In this document: piece after piece, positions 58,668-64,000 of the stretch
Position numbering within the stretch: position 1 is the first letter of the stretch
Layout of the letters: each line of letters begins with the position of its first letter
Assembly: GCA_963733795.1 (NCBI GenBank)
Contig: CAVTED010000003.1
Span: forward strand, 155,149 to 219,148
DNA: 64,000 bases
DNA from: an uncultured Acidobacteriaceae bacterium
GTDB lineage: Bacteria > Acidobacteriota > Terriglobia > Terriglobales > Acidobacteriaceae
Direction of reading: 5' to 3'
Program-made: the position numbers and the translations under genes
Notes under the pieces: generated by a model
The model's input: only the letters and a program-made list of their open reading frames with translations
Databases searched by the model: none
Told to the model about the DNA's origin: nothing

Positions 58668-59831
58668 CTACGCTGCTGCGGGTGAGGTGTCGGTGACCGC
58701 GATGGGAGTGGCGGGCTGCGAACTTTCCGCGACGGGCAAGCGGACGCTGATGAGGGTGCCGGTGGCGTTGGAGTCGATTTCCAGCGTGCCGCCAAGCTGG
58801 CGGAGTCTTTCCCGCATGCCTCGGATGCCGACGCCGGGCGTGCCCGAGGAAGACATTTCTTCTCTTTTTTCGGGCGGGATGCCTTTGCCTTTGTCCGCGA
58901 TCTCGACAAGCACTTCATGGTCGCGCTGACGAAGGCGGATATGGGCGACCGGACTTCCGGAATGGCGATGAATATTGGTGAGGCATTCCTGTACGACGCG
59001 AAAAACAGCGGTCTCGGATTCACGGTGCAGGCGTCCGAGGTCCTCGGGGAGATCCAGATCAACATGGATTTTGCTGCGGACAGCGAATCCGTCGACATAC
59101 CAGCGAAGGGCGGACGAGAGGCCGGCTTCATCGAGTAAAGGCGGATGCAGCAAATGAGAAATCGTGCGAACTTCCGTGGTCATTTCATGGACCAGACTCT
59201 CACTATCGGCCAGTGCATTGGCGGTCTTGGACAGGCGTTCGATGTCGGCTCGCACCGCCGAGAGATTCATGTTTAGAGCGGCCAACATCTGGCCAACGCT
59301 GTCGTGCAGTTCGCGGGCGATGCGGCGTCTTTCTTCATCCTGCAACTGGAGCAGGCGTGCGGAAAGTTCTCGCAGATTCTGATTCGCAGCGTCCAGGTCT
59401 GCGGTTCGTTCCTGAACACTGGTTTCGAGTTCTCCCTGCGCCCTGCGCAGTTTTTCATTTTGCCGCCTTCGGGACTCGGCCAAGGCAACGATGACGAGGG
59501 AAGAGAACAAGAATGCCAGCAGGGGAACGAGTTCGGCCGGAGTGACAATGCGAAACTCGTGGATGGGATGAGTGAATCCGTAGAGCGCGTTTGCGAGGGC
59601 TAACCCGATGGCGACTATTGAGGGTCCGATGCCACAGTACCAGGCAGAAAAGGCGATTGCGGGGAGAAGCAGGACGTAGGATACCTGCTCACCGGACCAA
59701 GCATGGAGTGCGCCGCCAACCACAAACGCGGTCACAACCGCTGCGATTGCGAGGGCATACTGCAGGAGGGTGGTTCCTAGGTTTCGCTTCGAAAGCGTAG
59801 GATTGGTCCCCATGGTTGCATCCTCGAACAT
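58668..59831 (-). CDS. sensor histidine kinase (HisKA_3 / NarL-partner type)
   Basis: 4 N-terminal TM segments, coiled coil, H-box ARELHDSVGQMLAAL, and HATPase blocks (ECLTNIHRHS, DKGKGIP, GVGIRGMRERL). Confidence 0.8.
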   Translation of the reverse strand: MFEDATMGTNPTLSKRNLGTTLLQYALAIAAVVTAFVVGGALHAWSGEQVSYVLLLPAIAFSAWYCGIGPSIVAIGLALANALYGFTHPIHEFRIVTPAELVPLLAFLFSSLVIVALAESRRRQNEKLRRAQGELETSVQERTADLDAANQNLRELSARLLQLQDEERRRIARELHDSVGQMLAALNMNLSAVRADIERLSKTANALADSESLVHEMTTEVRTISHLLHPPLLDEAGLSSALRWYVDGFAVRSKIHVDLDLPEDLGRLHRESETAVFRVVQECLTNIHRHSGSPVAHIRLRQRDHEVLVEIADKGKGIPPEKREEMSSSGTPGVGIRGMRERLRQLGGTLEIDSNATGTLISVRLPVAESSQPATPIAVTDTSPAAA

Positions 59832-60001
59832 CGAGTCCTACGAAAGCAAGATGGCGAAGGGCAGATCGTAGATTGATACAGCGACACTAACGCTAATGAT
59901 AACAGGAGCGCTAGGATCGAGAGAAGACTTAAAATTCTTTTGGGCTGCATCGTCGAGCGGGGAATCCGAGCATGACGCACTTGTTCTGTTCTACAGTCGG
60001 G

Positions 60002-60223
60002 TTAAGATGCACCTGTCTTGCGCCAGGCGTGCAGGTTGATTGCGCTCATCACCATGCAAAATATATTGGCGGGAATGAAGCCTAGTTGATCGGTTCGGAG
60101 GCCGATGATGCACACCACTACACTATTGACGCCGGCCAGTGCCCAGCCTTCGCAGCGCCGCCGCCCAACCAGAATCGTGGACGCGACGGTTAACACGCAA
60201 GACAAATAATCGAGCCGAAGCAC
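60002..60223 (-). CDS. small hypothetical membrane protein
   Basis: 73 aa with two hydrophobic segments. Confidence 0.35.
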   Translation of the reverse strand: MLRLDYLSCVLTVASTILVGRRRCEGWALAGVNSVVVCIIGLRTDQLGFIPANIFCMVMSAINLHAWRKTGAS

Positions 60224-60345
60224 GGATGAATGTCCCCCAACATCATTGTGAGTGAAGGACGCGGGTCTTGACAGTGCTGGTGTCCTTTCGTTACATGACT
60301 GAGGTCACTTGCCGGGTTTCAAGATGAATTTTCCTGGAGGATCCC

Positions 60346-60618
60346 ATGTCGAACGAATGCACCCATCTGAATCAGATCAAAATCAAGGAAACGAGCACGC
60401 ACGTCTGTGAGGAATGCATTAAAACCGGCGACCGCTGGGTTCACTTGCGCCTGTGCCTGGTCTGCGGACATGTGGGCTGCTGCGACTCCTCGAAGAACAA
60501 GCATGCCACCAAACATTTCAAAAAGACGCACCATCCCCTCATCCGTTCCAATGAGCCTGGGGAGTCCTGGGTGTGGTGTTACGTGGACGAAATCGAACTG
60601 GACGACGTCCTGTCGTAA
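60346..60618 (+). CDS. UBP-type zinc-finger protein
   Basis: CTHL...CEEC...WVHLRLCLVCGHVGCCDSSKNKHATKHF..THHP. Confidence 0.8.
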   Translation: MSNECTHLNQIKIKETSTHVCEECIKTGDRWVHLRLCLVCGHVGCCDSSKNKHATKHFKKTHHPLIRSNEPGESWVWCYVDEIELDDVLS

Positions 60619-60711
60619 GAACACTCCACTTGATGCGACCGAATCGGAGTTTAGTTATCTAATCAGACTGTTCGGGAATCCCTGATTTTCTCTTTAAGCC
60701 GAAGAACGAGC

Positions 60712-62382
60712 ATGGCGAAGCCGATTCTGCTGACCGTGGACGACGATCCCGATGTGTTGCGGGCCATCGAGCGCGATTTGCGTTCGCAGTACGGCGCGGG
60801 CTATCGCGTCCTGAGCAGCGACTCCCCGGAAGGCGCCCTCGATCTTCTCAAGGGGCTGAAGGTTCGCAATGACGGCGTCGCACTCCTGCTCGCGGACCAG
60901 CGCATGCCTCACATGGATGGCGTGGTTTTCCTGCAGGAGGCCCGGAAGATATTTCCCGATGCCAAGCGGGCGCTGCTCACCGCCTACGCCGACACCAATG
61001 CCGCGATCAGCGCCATTAACCAGGCTAACCTCGACTACTTTTTCATGAAGCCGTGGGATCCTCCCACCGAGCACTTGTATCCTCAGCTCGACGACTTGCT
61101 CGACGACTGGCAGGCTTCGTACCGTCCAGCGTTTCAGGGCATTCGGGTATTGGGCACGCGATGGTCTCCGCGATCCTACGAACTCAGGGATTTTCTGGCT
61201 CGCAGCCACGTTCCGTATCAGTGGATCGACGTTGAGGGTTCGGCCAATGATCCGGAAACCAAACGCCTCCTCGAAGCCCTGGGGCCTGATGCCGCCGATC
61301 TTCCCATTGTTTTGTTTTCGGATGGAACGAAGCTTCTCAACGGCGTGCCGTCAGAAGTGGCGCAAAAAGTTGGATTGCGCACGCGCGCCGAGACGAGCTT
61401 TTATGACTTGGCCATTGTGGGCGGAGGGCCGGCCGGGCTAGCCGCAGCTGTCTATGGCGCGTCGGAGGGTTTGCACACCGTAATGCTCGACCGGGAAGCT
61501 CCGGGGGGCCAGGCAGGAATGAGTTCTCGGATTGAAAACTACCTCGGATTCCCCGCCGGTCTCAGCGGGGGCGATCTGGCTCGCCGGGCGGTGGTGCAAG
61601 CCAAGCGTTTTGGGGTTGAAATCCTCGCTCCCCAGGAGGCGATTGGCGTTCGCACCGAGGGCCCTTACCGCATTATTAAAGTGGCGGACGGCAGCGAGAT
61701 TTCCTGCCACGCCCTGATGATCGCAACCGGAGTGCAATGGAGAAAACTGGAAGCTCCCGGTATTGACCGGTTGCAAGGCGCCGGCGTTTACTATGGCGGC
61801 GGCGCCACCGAGGCACTGTCTTGCAAGGGCGAGGTCGTGTACGTTGTTGGCGGCGCGAATTCGGCCGGCCAGGCGGCGATGAATTTTGCCAAATATGCCG
61901 AGCGGGTCGTCATTCTGGTTCGCGGAGATTCGCTTTCCAGCACCATGTCGCAATATCTAATTGATCAGATTAAAGAGACTCCGAACATTCAATTGTGGAC
62001 CCATGCCGGCGTTGCAGAAGTTCATGGCGAAACCCACCTGGAAGAAATTTCGGTCCTCTGTTCGGACACCGATAAGATCGAGCGTGTCCCGGCAAGTTCG
62101 ATGTTCATCTTCATCGGAGCCCTGCCGCGAACGGATTGGCTGGCGGGCACTGTCGAACGGGACGAACGCGGATTCATTCGGACTGGACCCGATCTGATGC
62201 AAGGTGGACAGCGTCCCAAGGGTTGGGCGCCCGATCGCGATCCGTTTCTTCTGGAAACGAATGTGCCAGGTATATTTGCGGTGGGAGATGTGCGCCACGG
62301 TTCGGTCAAACGCGTGGCCTCGGGAGTTGGCGAAGGTTCCGTGGCGGTGCAATTCATCCATCAATATTTGAGCAAGGTCTAA
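60712..62382 (+). CDS. response-regulator receiver fused to a thioredoxin-reductase-like FAD/NAD(P) oxidoreductase
   Basis: REC domain: LLTVDDDPDV..LLLADQRMPHMDG..K. Flavoprotein part: DLAIVGGGPAGLAAAVYGASEGL, VVGGANSAGQAAM, GIFAVGDVR. No CxxC occurs at the TrxR active-site position. Confidence 0.8.
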   Translation: MAKPILLTVDDDPDVLRAIERDLRSQYGAGYRVLSSDSPEGALDLLKGLKVRNDGVALLLADQRMPHMDGVVFLQEARKIFPDAKRALLTAYADTNAAISAINQANLDYFFMKPWDPPTEHLYPQLDDLLDDWQASYRPAFQGIRVLGTRWSPRSYELRDFLARSHVPYQWIDVEGSANDPETKRLLEALGPDAADLPIVLFSDGTKLLNGVPSEVAQKVGLRTRAETSFYDLAIVGGGPAGLAAAVYGASEGLHTVMLDREAPGGQAGMSSRIENYLGFPAGLSGGDLARRAVVQAKRFGVEILAPQEAIGVRTEGPYRIIKVADGSEISCHALMIATGVQWRKLEAPGIDRLQGAGVYYGGGATEALSCKGEVVYVVGGANSAGQAAMNFAKYAERVVILVRGDSLSSTMSQYLIDQIKETPNIQLWTHAGVAEVHGETHLEEISVLCSDTDKIERVPASSMFIFIGALPRTDWLAGTVERDERGFIRTGPDLMQGGQRPKGWAPDRDPFLLETNVPGIFAVGDVRHGSVKRVASGVGEGSVAVQFIHQYLSKV

Positions 62383-63801
62383 ATGGTCGAAACATCCGAA
62401 CTGCTTCGCGTTCCCGTATTCGCCGATTTGCCGGACGATCAGCTCGCCTGGTTCCTCAGCCAGTCGCAGGAGATGCGTCTTAAGGCGGGCGAGGTCTATT
62501 CACGCCAGGGCGATCCGGCCGATGCCATGTTTGTGCTTCTTGAGGGTATTTTCCAAGCTCGGGGCGAACTAGCGGGCGAGACCGTCATCTTTAGCCTGGA
62601 GCCCGGCGACGTTACGGGAGTATTGCCGTTCTCGAGAATGAAGCAGTTTACAGTGGGCGGGCGAGCTGAGACCGACAGCCGCGCCCTGCGATTTCCCGCC
62701 TCGAAATTTCCAGAACTCATACAGAAAATGCCGGAACTCACCCAGCGTCTGGTGGGCCTGATGTCGGACCGGATCCGCGAAGCGACCCGCTTTGAACAGC
62801 AACGCGACCGGCTTGCGGCGCTGGGCAAATTGTCAGCGGGTCTGGCTCATGAACTCAACAATCCTTCTTCGGCCGCGAAGCGCGCGGCCAGCCAGTTGCG
62901 CGAAATTCTAAAACGGGTCCGCGATGCCAGCCATGATCTGGGAAGCCGCGACCTCACGCCGGCACAAAAGGCAGAAATTGAGAAGTTGGAGGCTTCGCTG
63001 GTCCAGGTGGACGGCCCGCCTCCGGACGCTCTCACCATCAGCGATCTGGAAGAACGGCTCGACACCTTGCTTCGCAGCCACGGACAAAATGACCTATGGC
63101 AGCTTGCCGCTGACCTGGCGCGCAAGAACTTCAAGGTCGAAGCATTGGAACAACTGTTCGCCCATCTTGACGCGGCAACCGCCCGGGCAGCGCTGGTGCG
63201 AATTTCAGCTTCCCTGGAAATCGCGGACTTGTTGAATCAAATTGAGAGCAGCACTTCGCGAATCTCCGAACTGGTGGGCGCGATCAAGGAATACACCTTC
63301 ATGGATCAGTCGCCCATCCAGAACGTCGATATCGTGAAGACCCTTGAGACCACGCTGACCATCTTGAATCACAAGCTCAAGCGCGGAGTGGAGGTGCAGC
63401 GGAATTATCAGAAGACTCCGCTCTTCGTAAATTCTTTCGGCAGCGAGCTCAACCAGGTCTGGACCAACGTCATCGACAACGCCATCGACGCGATGGGCGG
63501 GAAAGGCGTACTGCGGGTACGAGCCTTTCGCGAAGACGATTGCGTTGTAGTCGAGATCGGCGACAATGGCCCGGGAATTTCTCCGGAAGTCGAGCCCCAC
63601 ATTTTTGAACCATTCTTCACCACCAAGGGAGTCGGGGAGGGAACCGGGCTTGGCCTCGACACGGTCCAACGCATCGTGAAAAAACATCGCGGCAACATTC
63701 AGGTGATTTCCAAACCCGGAGACACGCGCTTCCAGGTTCGGCTGCCCTTGTCGGAAAGCGTGGCCCGAGGCTCGATAGCGTCCACTCCGAAAAGGGGCTA
63801 A
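62383..63801 (+). CDS. cyclic-nucleotide-binding domain histidine kinase
   Basis: cNMP-binding fold (VPVFADLPDDQLAWF..GDPADAMFVLLEG..), H-box LSAGLAHELNNP, and N/G boxes (VIDNAIDAM, GDNGPGI, GTGLGL). The start abuts the previous stop. Confidence 0.8.
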   Translation: MVETSELLRVPVFADLPDDQLAWFLSQSQEMRLKAGEVYSRQGDPADAMFVLLEGIFQARGELAGETVIFSLEPGDVTGVLPFSRMKQFTVGGRAETDSRALRFPASKFPELIQKMPELTQRLVGLMSDRIREATRFEQQRDRLAALGKLSAGLAHELNNPSSAAKRAASQLREILKRVRDASHDLGSRDLTPAQKAEIEKLEASLVQVDGPPPDALTISDLEERLDTLLRSHGQNDLWQLAADLARKNFKVEALEQLFAHLDAATARAALVRISASLEIADLLNQIESSTSRISELVGAIKEYTFMDQSPIQNVDIVKTLETTLTILNHKLKRGVEVQRNYQKTPLFVNSFGSELNQVWTNVIDNAIDAMGGKGVLRVRAFREDDCVVVEIGDNGPGISPEVEPHIFEPFFTTKGVGEGTGLGLDTVQRIVKKHRGNIQVISKPGDTRFQVRLPLSESVARGSIASTPKRG

Positions 63802-63818
63802 CAAAGAAAGAGGGGCTT

Positions 63819-64000
63819 ATGAATTCTTCACTCGCCCTGGGCCTCGCATTCAGTATCGGAGTCGTAGCGGGGCTGCGGTCTTTCACAGCGCCCACGGTCG
63901 TGGCCTGGGCGGCGCATCTCGGTTGGATCAATCTTAACGGTTCTCCGCTGGCGTTCATGGGATCGGCGTGGGCAGTAGGCGCCTTTACCATTCTGGCGTT
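63819..64000 (+). CDS. membrane protein (DUF4126-like), 5' part only
   Basis: ATG at 63819, hydrophobic N-terminus MNSSLALGLAFSIGVVAGLRSF..; the ORF runs off the window. Confidence 0.4.
   Translation, partial: MNSSLALGLAFSIGVVAGLRSFTAPTVVAWAAHLGWINLNGSPLAFMGSAWAVGAFTILA

Overview
This is a 64-kb high-GC window. Its gene content and repeat style look Acidobacteriota-like, but that is inference only. All functions below come from reading motifs by eye; no searches were run.

Positions 1 to about 41.5 kb are an integrated podovirus-like prophage, and its left end lies outside the window. The late genes follow a T7-type order: putative portal, scaffold-like gene, putative major capsid, mid-size virion proteins, a protein of about 920 aa, a tail fibre, internal-virion-like proteins, and finally the small and large terminase. 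After these come two tyrosine recombinases, a ribbon-helix-helix (RHH) gene and a tRNA(CAU) at 41530-41605. A 3.8-kb antisense block at 28.5-32.3 kb interrupts this order. It carries an HNH nuclease, an integrase pseudogene, endonuclease VII and a degraded P-loop ATPase.

The most notable prophage features are:
- a 1244-bp tandem duplication that fuses two genes
- a tail fibre ending in an intein-like Hint domain
- a 2H-phosphoesterase domain at the end of a giant internal-virion-like protein
- a RelA/SpoT-like gene next to the terminase
- a GroES-like gene in the head module
- a poly-C(21) tract with AT-rich tandem repeats between structural genes

Most prophage genes are broken by single-nucleotide frame changes. 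The 22 kb of chromosome to the right is almost fully intact. That chromosome carries a cupin, a GT-C glycosyltransferase, yggX, an S53 peptidase, an outer-membrane barrel, ybjQ, the start of the dcw cluster (mraZ-rsmH-ftsL-ftsI) with an MraZ-box promoter, and sensor kinases including a response-regulator/TrxR-like fusion. No CRISPR array, rRNA gene or reverse transcriptase was seen.
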